A stretch of 64,000 nucleotides of DNA from Halorarum halobium (GTDB lineage Archaea > Halobacteriota > Halobacteria > Halobacteriales > Haloferacaceae). The DNA lies in assembly GCF_032116555.1 (NCBI RefSeq), contig NZ_CP134949.1, positions 434,001 through 498,000 on the forward strand, given 5' to 3'. The notes under the pieces are model-generated. The model worked only from the letters and a program-made list of their open reading frames with translations. It searched no databases and was not told the DNA's origin. Position 1 is the stretch's first letter. Every line of letters begins with the position of its first letter. Of the stretch, positions 31,799-42,292 are shown in pieces. The translations under genes and the position numbers were made by a program.

Positions 31799-32296
31799 CT
31801 ACTGCCTCGGATCCCTGTCCGGTCCTGGATACGGACCACTGACGACCGCCGCGTGGAGGCTCTCGGCGTCGAACAGCGTAGCGAACGCGGCCGGCTCGCG
31901 GACGCTCACGGGGAAGCGTTCGCGGAGCCCCGCGCCCGCACCGGGTCCGGTGAGCCCGTCGTCGAACGAGATGACGTGCATCGCGCCGCCGCGATACGCC
32001 GAGGCGAGCGCCGGCTGGTCGCCCTCCGGGTGCTCGACCGGCTCGCGCCAGGCATCAACGCGCTCGCGCCAGTCCGCCGCGAGCGACTCGTCGGCGAGCG
32101 TTTCGATCACGGTTTCGGCGTCGGTAAGCAGCGGATCGCTCGCCACGAGCGTCGTCCACGAGTGGCGACGGAGGTGGTCCAGCGCCGTTCGCGCGTCGCC
32201 CCCGACCAGCAGATCGGCGGCGAGCACGTCCGCGTCGGCGACCACCCGGGCCGGCGACGGCTCAGGCCGGTCCGGCTCGCTGCTCACCGCGACCAC
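31799..32296 (-). CDS. Hypothetical protein, PIN-like fold possible
   Basis: VVADADVL...GDQPALASA...VISFD resembles a PIN pattern. Confidence 0.65.
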   Translation of the reverse strand: MVAVSSEPDRPEPSPARVVADADVLAADLLVGGDARTALDHLRRHSWTTLVASDPLLTDAETVIETLADESLAADWRERVDAWREPVEHPEGDQPALASAYRGGAMHVISFDDGLTGPGAGAGLRERFPVSVREPAAFATLFDAESLHAAVVSGPYPGPDRDPRQ

Positions 32297-32305
32297 CGCC
32301 GACCC

Positions 32306-32401
32306 TCACGCATCGCGGTGGCCCCCGAGCGCGTCGATCACGTCGCTCTCTTCGAGGTCGAGTCCGTCGGCCCGCTCGAACAGCCGTGCCCACGTCTCCA
32401 T
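32306..32401 (-). CDS. Small acidic protein (31 aa), putative
   Basis: METWARLFERADGLDLEESDVIDALGGHRDA, directly upstream of and co-oriented with the 31799-32296 gene. Confidence 0.45.
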   Translation of the reverse strand: METWARLFERADGLDLEESDVIDALGGHRDA

Positions 32402-32723
32402 GGAGTCCGATCGGGACGCCTCGGGTAAGACGGTTGCCCGTTTCTCCGGGCCGATCCGGACGGTTCCAGCACCTCCGATCACGCGAGGCGTCAGACACCT
32501 GGCGTGCGTCTGACGATAATTTAAGGTGGCACCGGGAAACGTCCCATCCGGGCGCGACGATGCGACCCCGCGGATCGACCGCGGGGCCTGGGTTCGTTCC
32601 CGGACTGGCCTCAGTTCGACTCCACACCGCGCGCCCGGCACACCCGACACCCACCCCTTTCGACGCTCGACTCGCCGAGCCGGAGGCTCGGTCGTTCGCC
32701 GTCCCGGTGGACTGGCGTCCGTC

Positions 32724-33377
32724 TCAGCCGCCCAGCAGCGCGTTCCGGGTGTCCTCCGCCCGTGCGGTCTCGGTGATGAGCGCGAGCCTGTCGCCCGCTT
32801 CGACGGTGATCCCGGGCATCGGGATGGTCAGCGGTTCCCGTTTTCGGCCGTGGGCGTACACCCGCGCGCCGTCGAGGGCGATGTCGTGGACGGGCTGGCC
32901 GACGACCGGCGCGTCCTCCGGCACCGCGACGGCGACGACCTGGAGCTGTTCGGTCAGGTCGCCGATGGCGTTGAAGTTCCCGCCGAGCAGCGCCGTCTTC
33001 GCGCCCGCCGCGCCGAGCCGTTCGGGGTAGATCACCTCGTCGACCGCGCGCTCGTACTCGTCGTACACCTCCTCCCGGAAGTCCTCGGAGATCCGCATGA
33101 CCGTCCGACAGCCGTACTCCTTGGCGAGCATGCACACCTCGAAGTTCACGTTCGGGTCGCCGGTGAGTCCGCCGACCGCGACCGCTTCCTCGACCCCGGC
33201 CTCCCGCAGCACCGAGGGGGTACTGCCGTCGCCCGCGACGACGGTGAACCCGCGTGACCGGGCGCGGTCGACCTTCTCCGGGTCGTCGTCGACGACGACG
33301 ACCTCGTGGCCCTCCTCGGCCAGCACCCGCGCGGTCCGCGAGCCGACGCGGCCGAAGCCGACGATGATGAGTCGCAT
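32724..33377 (-). CDS. TrkA-family potassium uptake NAD-binding protein
   Basis: IIVGFGRVG Rossmann motif, GDG, VIYPE and a TrkA-C domain. Confidence 0.9.
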   Translation of the reverse strand: MRLIIVGFGRVGSRTARVLAEEGHEVVVVDDDPEKVDRARSRGFTVVAGDGSTPSVLREAGVEEAVAVGGLTGDPNVNFEVCMLAKEYGCRTVMRISEDFREEVYDEYERAVDEVIYPERLGAAGAKTALLGGNFNAIGDLTEQLQVVAVAVPEDAPVVGQPVHDIALDGARVYAHGRKREPLTIPMPGITVEAGDRLALITETARAEDTRNALLGG

Positions 33378-33489
33378 GGGGGTGTGGTACGGAGTAGCAC
33401 GACAAAAACCTACGTCTCCGCCGCGCGCTTTCCCGTCCCCGCTCGGGTGCCCGCGCCGTTTATCCGGTTCAGCGACGTACTCGAAGCCG

Positions 33490-34101
33490 ATGATGGCGAC
33501 GACGCACGCCCTGGTGGGCGTGCTGATCGGGCTCGGGGTGCTGGCGACGGTTCCGGAAGCCGGCGGTCCGGTGCTGCTCGCGGCCGCGCTCGGCGGGGCG
33601 TTCCCGGACCTCGACGTCCTGGCGGTCCACCGGCGGACGCTCCACTTTCCCGTCGGCTACGCCGCGCTGGCGGCGAGTTCCGCTCTGAGCGCGCTGGTCC
33701 TCCCCGCCTGGATGGCGATCGCGGCCGCGACGTTCTTCGCCGCCGCGGCCGTCCACGCCGCGACCGACGTGTTCGGCGGGGGGCTCGAACTCCGGCCGTG
33801 GGAGGCGACCTCGGATCGGGCGCTGTACGACCACCTCCGTGGTCGCTGGCGACCGCCGCGTCGCTGGATCCGCTACGACGGTGCGCCCGAGGACTTCATG
33901 CTCGCGCTCGCGGTCGGCCTGCCGTCCTTCGCCGCGCTGGACGGGAACGCGCGGCTGGGCGTGGTGGCGCTGCTGGGGATTTCGGCCGCCTACGCCGCGT
34001 TCCGGCGACCACTCGTCGACGGCGGCGAGACGCTCGTCGGTCTGCTCCCGGCGAGCGTCCTTCGACTGATCCCGGAGACGCTCATCGAGGACCTCCGGTA
34101 G
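33490..34101 (+). CDS. Membrane metal-dependent hydrolase (YdjM/DUF457-like)
   Basis: MMATTH, PDLD, HRRTLH and HAATD motifs. Confidence 0.82.
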   Translation: MMATTHALVGVLIGLGVLATVPEAGGPVLLAAALGGAFPDLDVLAVHRRTLHFPVGYAALAASSALSALVLPAWMAIAAATFFAAAAVHAATDVFGGGLELRPWEATSDRALYDHLRGRWRPPRRWIRYDGAPEDFMLALAVGLPSFAALDGNARLGVVALLGISAAYAAFRRPLVDGGETLVGLLPASVLRLIPETLIEDLR

Positions 34102-34196
34102 GCGCTTTCCATCACTCGGTGACGCGCTCGCTCGCCATCACCCGGTGACACCGATGTCTCCTGTCCGGCTAAGTGGCTGGCACACGTTCGGTCGGT

Positions 34197-34817
34197 ATGG
34201 CCGACTCCGAGATACCAGTCACCGCGGAGACGCCCGACAGCGCGTTTCACACCACGGGAACCGACCACATCACGCTCATCGGCAGCAACGAGGCGGACAC
34301 GGTCGCGTTCTACCGCGACGTGCTCGGGATGTCGCTCGTGTTGCGACAGCCGAACCTCGACGCCCCGGAGGTGACCCACCTGTTCTTCGACACCGGCGAC
34401 GGCCGGATCCTGACGTTCTTCGTCACCGACGACCGGGATTCGAACCCCGCGCCCCAGCGGACCGGCGTCGGCGCCGTCCACCACCTCGCGTTCAGCATCG
34501 AGGCGGGCGAACTGGACGAGATCAAGGCCGCACTGCAGGAGGAGGGACACGGCTTCAACGAGTTCGACCGCGGCGCGTTCCACTCGCTGTACACCCGCGA
34601 TCACAACGGGCTCACCATCGAACTGGTCGTGGACAAGTACGCCATCCCCGACGACCGGCGCGGCGAGGTGCTGGCGCTCTCCCAGTCCAAGCGCGTCGCG
34701 GCCGGCGCGGATTACGTCGACGACGAACACATGCAGGCCGCGCTCGAGGAACTCGGCCTCCCCGTCGAGCGCGCTGACATCCCGGACGCCGCCACCGGGA
34801 CGGGATATGACAACTGA
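34197..34817 (+). CDS. VOC/glyoxalase-family protein
   Basis: DHITL, FYRDVLG, HHLAF and SLYTRDHNGLTIE motifs. Confidence 0.9.
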   Translation: MADSEIPVTAETPDSAFHTTGTDHITLIGSNEADTVAFYRDVLGMSLVLRQPNLDAPEVTHLFFDTGDGRILTFFVTDDRDSNPAPQRTGVGAVHHLAFSIEAGELDEIKAALQEEGHGFNEFDRGAFHSLYTRDHNGLTIELVVDKYAIPDDRRGEVLALSQSKRVAAGADYVDDEHMQAALEELGLPVERADIPDAATGTGYDN

Positions 34818-35009
34818 TCTGTATGACGACTTTACGAACTCTGAAGACGTTATGAAACGTCTGATCGTCTCTGAGCGGTTCGTAAAACGTCACGGCCCGT
34901 CGGTGAACGGTCCGTGAACGGTGGGCTTACCGCGAACTGACGCGAAGCAGTTCCAAGGAATTGCACCTTATACGATGGTGGCCGTCTCAGGGTGAAACGG
35001 AGCCAGCCC

Positions 35010-35279
35010 ATGTCCACGTCCGAACCAACTGACGCCCTCCGAACGGTCGCCACCACCACCCCCGCTCTCGCCCTCCGCGACGGGGTCGAAACGCTCACCG
35101 CCGGCGCCGCCGAACTCGTGCGCGTCGTCGCGTTCTGGTTCGCAGCGTTGCTCCCGCTGACGTACCTCCCGATGGTCGCCACCAACCTCGTGGGCGAGTA
35201 CGCGGTCACGTTCACGGGCCTGCTCGCGCTGCACGCGGTCACGTTGCTGGTCGGACACGGCTACGGCTCCGCCGACTGA
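35010..35279 (+). CDS. Small membrane protein
   Basis: Two hydrophobic segments (AFWFAALLPLTYLP; LLVGHGY). Confidence 0.65.
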   Translation: MSTSEPTDALRTVATTTPALALRDGVETLTAGAAELVRVVAFWFAALLPLTYLPMVATNLVGEYAVTFTGLLALHAVTLLVGHGYGSAD

Positions 35280-35489
35280 CTCGGGCCGCTTCCCGCTGGC
35301 TTTCGACTCCGACCGGTTCGGGGCCGACGACGCTCGACACCCGGATTTTCCCGCCGGACGTTCCCAGTTCTCTCGGTCAGTCCCGTATCGAACCGGCGGA
35401 CGCCGGTAAGTTGTCGCCGATTGACGGGAGCGCTCGGTAGCACACAAATACCGAAGGAGCGTTCGCTCGAACTCGCCGACGATTCAGTC

Positions 35490-36719
35490 ATGAACGGAAC
35501 CAGGCGGAGCCTCCTTCGCGCGGCCGGTTCGATGGGAGTCCTCGGAAGCGTCGCCGGCGTGCCCGGCGTCGGCACCGTCGCCGCACGACAGGAGGGATAC
35601 GACGTCGTCCGCGTCCCGGCCGATCACGACACGATTCAGGCCGGGGTCGACGCGGCCGCGGCCGGCGATCTCGTCCTCATCTCGCCGGGCACCTACGCGG
35701 AGGAGGTGGACGTCACGACGCCGGACATCACGCTCAGAGGGGAGGACCGGAACGGGGTCCTGCTCGACGGCGGGTTCGAGCGAACCCACGCGGTCCACGT
35801 CCAGGCCGACGGGGTCGCGGTCGAGAACGTGACCGCCCGCAACTACGAGGTGAACGGCTTCTACTGGACGCAGGTGGAGGGGTTCCGCGGCAGCTTCCTC
35901 ACGGCCTCGAACAACGGCAACTACGGCATCTACGCCTACGGGTCGCGGGACGGTCGGTTCGAACACAGCTACGCGTCGGGCCACCCGGACGCGGGCTACT
36001 ACCTCGGGCGGAACCAGCCCTACGAGGCCGTCATCGACGACGTCGTCGCCGAGCACAACGCGATGGGCTACTCGGGGACGAGCACCGGCCCGGACCTCAC
36101 GATCCGGAACTCGCTCTGGCGGAACAACATGGCCGGCATCGTCCCGAACACGCTGAGCGACAGCGAGTCGCCCGAGCGCGCCTCCACCATCGTCGGCAAC
36201 GAGGTGACCGGCAACGACAACCGGGACGCCCCCGCGAAGTCGCTCACGTTCCAGACGTTCGGGATGGGCATCGTGCTCTGGGGCGGCTCCGAGAACGTCG
36301 TGGAGGACAACGACGTCACCGACCACGAGCACTTCGGCGTCGTCGCACAGCCGAACGTCGTCGAGCCGTCGGGCAACGTCGTCCGGAACAACCGCGTGAG
36401 CGGGTCGGGCGTCGCGGACCTCGCGCTCGGAGAGCCCGCGGGCGAGGGGAACGAGTTCGCGGGAAACGAGTTCGCCACGAGCCTGCCCGAGGGGATTCAG
36501 ACGGACGCGAGCGCCGGGAGCGCCGAGGTGACCGCGGTGTTCGACGAGCACGCGGAACTGGCTGACGAGGGCGAGTACCCGAACGGCGACTGGCGGGAGC
36601 AGCCGTTACCCGGCGATCAGCCGACGATGCCGGATCCGATGGCCGCGCCGCGTGTCGCCGATAAGACGACGTCCTGGGAGGCGGCGACGTCGCAGACTGA
36701 TGCCGTTCGGGATTCGTGA
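35490..36719 (+). CDS. Tat-exported right-handed beta-helix (NosD/pectin-lyase-like) protein
   Basis: TRRSLLR Tat signal, TIQAGVDAA and repeated N-N-x-GI coils. Confidence 0.85.
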   Translation: MNGTRRSLLRAAGSMGVLGSVAGVPGVGTVAARQEGYDVVRVPADHDTIQAGVDAAAAGDLVLISPGTYAEEVDVTTPDITLRGEDRNGVLLDGGFERTHAVHVQADGVAVENVTARNYEVNGFYWTQVEGFRGSFLTASNNGNYGIYAYGSRDGRFEHSYASGHPDAGYYLGRNQPYEAVIDDVVAEHNAMGYSGTSTGPDLTIRNSLWRNNMAGIVPNTLSDSESPERASTIVGNEVTGNDNRDAPAKSLTFQTFGMGIVLWGGSENVVEDNDVTDHEHFGVVAQPNVVEPSGNVVRNNRVSGSGVADLALGEPAGEGNEFAGNEFATSLPEGIQTDASAGSAEVTAVFDEHAELADEGEYPNGDWREQPLPGDQPTMPDPMAAPRVADKTTSWEAATSQTDAVRDS

Positions 36720-36759
36720 GCGGAGAGCGTCGCTAGTCGAACTTGCTGGTGTGAGAACG

Positions 36760-36778
36760 GAAGAGCCCAGGCTGGGAT
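36760..36778 (-). other. Degenerate tRNA-Thr 3'-end copy (att-like), left island border
   Basis: GAAGAGCCCAGGCTGGGAT: 13/15 identical to 54578-54592 and shares GAAGAGCC with 56014-56021; directly precedes an integrase remnant. Confidence 0.6.
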
Positions 36779-36825
36779 GTGTACATCATATTCCTGGCCT
36801 CACTTATCATATTGAAGACATCGGC

Positions 36826-37272
36826 GTGGGCAACACCAGAGCCAAAGTCGAATCCCTCCGCGAACGCATCCAGAACTCCAGCGACCTCAGCGACGACCAT
36901 CGGAGTGTTCTTCTTGAATTCCGCGACACCCTGTGTCTCCTGAAGCGGGAGTACACCGAGTATCGACACGAGAAAACTCCTGGGCCACTGTACCCGTGTG
37001 GCCGAAGTCGTCGGCGGTCTCGCGGACTCCCTCCACGACGAAAGACGCCGCGGAGAATTTCTCCCGATGGATCAACATCACCTACGAGAACGAGAGTACC
37101 AACCCGACTACCGGACGGCACTGCGTGTCTTCGGTAGCCGTGTTACCGAGGAAGAGGGAATTCCGGACAGTCTCGAATCGATTCCGTCGGGTACCTCGAA
37201 CAGCCACAACTCCGTTCGGAACCCCGCCGACAGCTCCGATGCGAAGACGACGTTATCCCGATGATCGAAACC
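36826..37272 (+). pseudogene. Frameshifted N-terminal remnant of a haloarchaeal (SNJ2/pleolipovirus-like) tyrosine integrase
   Basis: Pieces in different frames join up as RAKVESLRERI...EYRHEK / LLGHCTRVAEVVGGLADSL / RWINITYENE / DYRTALRVFG...IPSGTS / EDDVIPMIET. Confidence 0.75.
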
Positions 37273-37413
37273 AATTGAGCTGTTAGTAATTCCTCTCCCT
37301 CTCTCGTCTAATTCAACCCGACAGAAATGAATTTATAGAAACCTTAATGAATTCATAGAATAGTCAGTTGTTCGTCTCGTGACTCTTCCCAATCGAGGTG
37401 ATCCGCCCTGCGA

Positions 37414-38214
37414 GTGATCGCTCGTCTCCGAGCGAGGGCGGATACAGCCTACCAGAACGACTATCACCACAAGCTCCGTGGGCGTCTCTGGAGCGCCCTT
37501 GAGGGGACGGAGTACGAATCGGCACACGACACGAACGATCCGCCGGGATTCGCGTTCAGCAACCCGTTCCCGCCTCGGGACATGGCCGAGGGCGACGAGC
37601 GAACCCTCATCGTTTCGGCGCCCGAAGAGGGACTCCTCTCCGCGGTGACGACTGACCTCCAGGAGAACCCCGAACTGAACGTCGGGGAGATGCCGTTCAC
37701 GGTCGAGGACCTCTCGGCGATCTCGCCGGACGTCGGCGAACCGGGGAGCGGCGGCACGATCGAGACGGGGACCGGACTCCTGGTCCGCATCCCGCCGTGG
37801 CGCTGTGAGGACTACGGGATCGACAACTCCGGCGAGGAGGCGTTGTACTGGCGGCCGGAACACACCGTCGAACCGTTGCGCGAACAGCTGACGTCGAACC
37901 TCGACAAGAAGCACGGCCTGTTCGGCCCAGACTACCTCCCCGGGCCGAGCGAGACCGACGGCGACCTCTTCGAGGGGTTCGAACTGCTGAAGACGTTCGC
38001 CGTCCCGCTGCAGGTGACGACCGACCAAACTCTGACGTACGTCCTCTCAAAGTGGCGGTTCGGGTATACCGTCAGAGACGACGACCACCGTCGCCATCTG
38101 AACCTCGCGCTGGACTGCGGACTCGGGGAGCGTAACGCGCTGGGGCTGGGGTTCTGTAATCTCGTCGAGAAGCGCGACCCGTACGGCGAACCGGCGCCGG
38201 AGGTCCACGGATGA
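37414..38214 (+). CDS. cas6: CRISPR endoribonuclease Cas6
   Basis: YHHKLRG and the C-terminal GLGERNALGLG Gly-rich loop. Confidence 0.95.
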   Translation: MIARLRARADTAYQNDYHHKLRGRLWSALEGTEYESAHDTNDPPGFAFSNPFPPRDMAEGDERTLIVSAPEEGLLSAVTTDLQENPELNVGEMPFTVEDLSAISPDVGEPGSGGTIETGTGLLVRIPPWRCEDYGIDNSGEEALYWRPEHTVEPLREQLTSNLDKKHGLFGPDYLPGPSETDGDLFEGFELLKTFAVPLQVTTDQTLTYVLSKWRFGYTVRDDDHRRHLNLALDCGLGERNALGLGFCNLVEKRDPYGEPAPEVHG

Positions 38215-40364
38215 GCCTGCTCCCCGAGCCGCGTGAATTCAGGGAGGAGTACGAGGACGACGAGAAGCTGGCCGCGGAGCTTCCGAACCGGCCGATCACC
38301 TCGCTCCGTGACCTTCAGTACGTGTACGGGCGGCTCTACACGCTTGCGACCGCAGGCGGCGGCGAGTACGCGGCGTATCTCACCCCGGAGCAGTCGACCG
38401 ACCTGTTCGACGAGCCGGAGAGCCTGCTCTCCCTTCGGGTCGATCTGAGCGGCGAGGAACCCACGCTCGATTCCGATCAGCCCGTCGCCGTCGAACGATA
38501 CGGCAAGGAGAAAGTCGAGGCAGTCGCTCACGCGTGGTTCAACGCCGCCGCGGGGTTCGATCACAGCGTCACCCACCGAACGGGCAAGAACAAGGAGCCG
38601 GAGAAGGTTTCGGAGTACCTCCACGAGCGACTCACCGCGTGGGCGGCCGACGAGGTGATCCGGGACGCCGCGTTGGACCACGAGGACGGCTGGATCGTCG
38701 AAGCCCTGGCGGCCCTCGGCGAGCAGGAGGGGCTCCGTGACCGTATCGAGGCTGGCGTCGGCGAGCAGCTCGACGGCAAGACCACCGCGCTCACGACCGT
38801 GGCGGTCAAGCTCGAGCCGGACGGCGAGTACCGCTTGCCGGGCGAGGCCAGCCCGGTGTTCAACGAGGCGATGCGGGCGCGCAAGCGATCGAAGCTGGTT
38901 TCGAAGGGCGAGGCCACGAACTCCGTCGGCGAAGCGACCGACCTCGTGACCGGCCAGCGAGGGCCGACGGTGGGGACCGCGGAGGACCCGCTGAACTACT
39001 TCCTCGGCAAGCAGCTCGAGAAGTTCCCGGGCTTCGATCCGGACGAGGCGTGGCGAACCCATCCAGTCTCCGAGGACGTCGCGGTGACGCTGATGAACGC
39101 GAGCACGTTCGTCGACGCCTGTGACTACTACACGATGGGGGCGAACGTCTACTACCTCCCGTACTTCTTCGGTCGACTCGGGCCGGATGACGCGAGGGAC
39201 CTCTACCAGTTGTTGTACGACCTCGTTCACGAAGACGACATGACGCCGGTCGAAAGCGCGTACCGGAGCTACCGGAACGCGCCACGACTCCGAGAGATCG
39301 GCGAGCGGTTCCGGTTCTACGTCGCCGCGGTGATGGAACACCAGACCAAGCGCTTCGACGTGTTCGGCGACAGCATGGACGGGACACTGTTCTCGCCGGT
39401 CGAGCTCGCCCGGGCACACGAACGGGTCCTTCGGTCGTGGCTGTACGACGCGGAGGGCGGGGCCGATCTGCCCGACCCGCGACTACGAGCCGCGTTCCCG
39501 ACACCGGACAACTGGGACGTCTTCGTCCCCGACGAGAACGCGCTGCTGGGAACGCTCGCCACGGGGTGGTACTTCGAGCAGACGTTCGACGCGGCCGACG
39601 ACGACGACGCCAGCGCCGACGACTACCGGATCCGGGCGCTCGTCGCCGTCCTCTCCGGGGAGCCGCTCGACGCCGAGACGGTGCTCGCCGAGTACGTCGA
39701 CCGGCTCCTGAACGACGAGAGCGAGGGGTTCCCGGGCTTTCGAGTCGCCGCACAGTACGCACAACTCTGTGCGCTCGCCACTGAAGGCTTGCTGACCGGA
39801 CGCGACGCGTACACGGCAGTCGCAGAACCGCCCCAGTTGACCGACGAGCAGTCGACCACTATGCAACAGGACACACCAGCCCGAGCCGACGGCGGGAACG
39901 TCGCGGCGGCACGGGAGACGAAACTCGAACAGTTCCTCGAACGGACTCCGGCCCTCTCCGAGGACCAACCGGAGCGCCGTGGCAGTTTCCTCCTCGGCGC
40001 GCTGGTTGGCCAGGTGACCGGCTACCAGCAGGTGAGTGAGGGTCGCTCGACCACGCTCATCGACCAGTACCCGATCAAGGCCGTCACCGAGTCGAAGCTG
40101 AAACGGCTCGCCAGCGACGTCCTGGACAAGAACGTCGTCTACTCGCGGGAGAACAACATGGCCGGGACGATGTACCGCGAGGTCGTCGACCGGCTGGTGA
40201 CGACCCTCCCGCGCATCGACATCGACGGCGACTGGACGCTCGACACGACCGACCTCCGGTTCTACTACTCGCTCGGGGTCGCCTACGGGATGAACAACTG
40301 GGCGAGCAGCGACGACGACGAACAGGCCGACGACCGATCCGCAGCCGAGGAGGAAGACGCATGA
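38211..40364 (+). CDS. cas8b: Type I-B large subunit Cas8b (Csh1)
   Basis: Position and size; LEKFP, FLLGALVG and FYYSLGVAYG C-terminal motifs. Confidence 0.9.
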   Translation: MSLLPEPREFREEYEDDEKLAAELPNRPITSLRDLQYVYGRLYTLATAGGGEYAAYLTPEQSTDLFDEPESLLSLRVDLSGEEPTLDSDQPVAVERYGKEKVEAVAHAWFNAAAGFDHSVTHRTGKNKEPEKVSEYLHERLTAWAADEVIRDAALDHEDGWIVEALAALGEQEGLRDRIEAGVGEQLDGKTTALTTVAVKLEPDGEYRLPGEASPVFNEAMRARKRSKLVSKGEATNSVGEATDLVTGQRGPTVGTAEDPLNYFLGKQLEKFPGFDPDEAWRTHPVSEDVAVTLMNASTFVDACDYYTMGANVYYLPYFFGRLGPDDARDLYQLLYDLVHEDDMTPVESAYRSYRNAPRLREIGERFRFYVAAVMEHQTKRFDVFGDSMDGTLFSPVELARAHERVLRSWLYDAEGGADLPDPRLRAAFPTPDNWDVFVPDENALLGTLATGWYFEQTFDAADDDDASADDYRIRALVAVLSGEPLDAETVLAEYVDRLLNDESEGFPGFRVAAQYAQLCALATEGLLTGRDAYTAVAEPPQLTDEQSTTMQQDTPARADGGNVAAARETKLEQFLERTPALSEDQPERRGSFLLGALVGQVTGYQQVSEGRSTTLIDQYPIKAVTESKLKRLASDVLDKNVVYSRENNMAGTMYREVVDRLVTTLPRIDIDGDWTLDTTDLRFYYSLGVAYGMNNWASSDDDEQADDRSAAEEEDA

Positions 40365-41479
40365 GCGACACATACGCCGACGACAGCTACGAGCCAGTGA
40401 CGAATCGCTCCGAGATCGTGTTCTGCTATGACGCCGTCGACGCCAATCCCAACGGCAATCCGCTGAGCGGGGCGAACCGCCCGCGCATCGACCCCGAGAC
40501 CCAGCGGGCGGTCGTGACGGACGTGCGACTGAAGCGCTACCTCCGCGATCAGCTCGACGACGACGGCCACGGCGTCTACGTCCGGAACGTGAAAAACGAC
40601 CAGGGAAAGCAGTCTTCCCGCGAGCAGTTGCTCGCCGACCGGATGCGTGACCTCGACCCCGACGACTGGGACCTGGGAACCCTCGACGACGAGGAGGAAG
40701 CCGAACTCCGCGAGGAGGTGTTCGGGGCGTTCCTCGACGCCAGCGCGGACGTGCGCTACTTCGGCGCGACGATGAGCGTCGACATGAAGGGAAGCTACGA
40801 GGGGTTCGAGGACTACCTCCCGGACCACTTCACCGGTCCCGTCCAGTTCTCGCCCGCGAAGACGCTCCACCCCGTCACCGAGAACGAGGAGTACAACAGC
40901 CTCACTAGCGTCATCGCGACGGGCGAGGGCAAGGAACAGGGCGGGTTCGACCTCGACGACCACCGCATCCAGTACGGCTTCATCGCGTTTCACGGCCTGG
41001 TCGACGAGCACGGCGCCGCCGACACGAAGCTCTCGACGGCGGACGTGGAGCGACTCGACACGCTGCCGTGGCGCGCCATCAAGAACCAGACCATCAGCCG
41101 GAGCAAGGTCGGGCAGGAACCTCGGCTCTACCTCCGGGTCGAGTACGAGGACGAGAGCTTCCACCTCGGCGGGCTCACCCGCGACCTCGACATCGACGAG
41201 GAGCGGTCGGTGCCGGCCGACGAACTCAGGAACGTCCGGGAGTTCACCCTCGACGCGACCGACCTCGTCTCCCGGCTCGGCCGCCACGCCGACCGTATCG
41301 CCCGCGTCCGTGTCGTCGCGAGCGACGTGCTCGACGTGACCGTCGGTGATGAGGTGTCCACCGCAGGCGACGATATCGGCAAGCACGGCTTCTACGACGC
41401 CCTCCGGGAGGCGGTCGGCGACGACACGGTCGAAGTCGTTGACGTCTACGACGAGGCCGCCGAAACGATGCCCGAGTGA
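40361..41479 (+). CDS. cas7: Type I-B Cas7 (Csh2)
   Basis: NRSEIVF, ANPNGNP, TDVRLKRYLRD, DVRYFGAT and TGPVQF motifs. Confidence 0.95.
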   Translation: MSDTYADDSYEPVTNRSEIVFCYDAVDANPNGNPLSGANRPRIDPETQRAVVTDVRLKRYLRDQLDDDGHGVYVRNVKNDQGKQSSREQLLADRMRDLDPDDWDLGTLDDEEEAELREEVFGAFLDASADVRYFGATMSVDMKGSYEGFEDYLPDHFTGPVQFSPAKTLHPVTENEEYNSLTSVIATGEGKEQGGFDLDDHRIQYGFIAFHGLVDEHGAADTKLSTADVERLDTLPWRAIKNQTISRSKVGQEPRLYLRVEYEDESFHLGGLTRDLDIDEERSVPADELRNVREFTLDATDLVSRLGRHADRIARVRVVASDVLDVTVGDEVSTAGDDIGKHGFYDALREAVGDDTVEVVDVYDEAAETMPE

Positions 41480-42273
41480 TGTCCCGAGCGTCACTCGATG
41501 ACGGGACTGACGACGCCGGCGCCGCGCTGCCGGAGACGTGCCTCTCCTTCGAACTGCGCGGAGAGTGGGGCCACTTCCGACGCGTCGAGGGCAATATCGT
41601 TAAACAGACATACCGGATCATCCCCCGGACGACCGTCGCCGGGCTGGTCGCCGCGATGCTCGGGCTGGAGCGGGACAGCTACTACGAGGCGTTCGGTCCC
41701 TCGGCCTCGGCCGTCGCTGTGGAGCCTATCGAGGAGCTCCGGGCGATGAACGTGCCCCAGAACACGCTCTCGACGGCCAAAGAGCACATGACGACGATGC
41801 CCAGCCGGGGGCACGCGCGCATCTCGATGCCCGACCCAACGGAGTTGCGTCAACAGCACAACTACGAACTGTTGGTCGATCCCGCCTACCGGATAGACCT
41901 TCGACTCGCGGACGACCACCTGCGGGAGCGGCTTCGAGCCCGTCTCGAGGACGGCACGTCGTACTACTCGCCGAGCCTCGGACTCTCCGAGCATCTCGCC
42001 GAAGTGACGTACCTCGGCGAGTTCGACGTGACGCCGAAAGCGCGGGAGACCACCCGAGTCGACTCGGCCGTCGTGGAAGCGGTCGACAGCGTCGAACTGG
42101 AGCCCGACACGGAGGTGAATGTCGAGCGGTCGCCGGCGTTCATGACCGCCGACGAAGGGGGTCGTACGACGAGAGCGTTCCAGTCGCTCGCCTACGCAAC
42201 CGGAGCGGAGCCGCTGCGGGTACACGACATCGAGACCCGGGAGGTCGATGGGCGCCGGGTGATGTTCTCGTGA
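41479..42273 (+). CDS. cas5: Type I-B Cas5
   Basis: GEWGHFRR, TYRIIPRTTVAGLVAAMLG and PSLG motifs. Confidence 0.93.
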   Translation: MSRASLDDGTDDAGAALPETCLSFELRGEWGHFRRVEGNIVKQTYRIIPRTTVAGLVAAMLGLERDSYYEAFGPSASAVAVEPIEELRAMNVPQNTLSTAKEHMTTMPSRGHARISMPDPTELRQQHNYELLVDPAYRIDLRLADDHLRERLRARLEDGTSYYSPSLGLSEHLAEVTYLGEFDVTPKARETTRVDSAVVEAVDSVELEPDTEVNVERSPAFMTADEGGRTTRAFQSLAYATGAEPLRVHDIETREVDGRRVMFS

Positions 42274-42292
42274 ACTGGCGAGGACTGTCGCC

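Noticed and set aside
34826..34895. Imperfect inverted repeat (TTTACGAAC...GTTCGTAAA) after the VOC gene
   Set aside because: Single copy with a short core; probably a local terminator or operator, with no support for more.
38200..38220. CreTA-type toxin-antitoxin RNA between cas6 and cas8b
   Set aside because: The genes overlap (ATGA), leaving no intergenic space, and I saw no repeat-like pair upstream of cas6.
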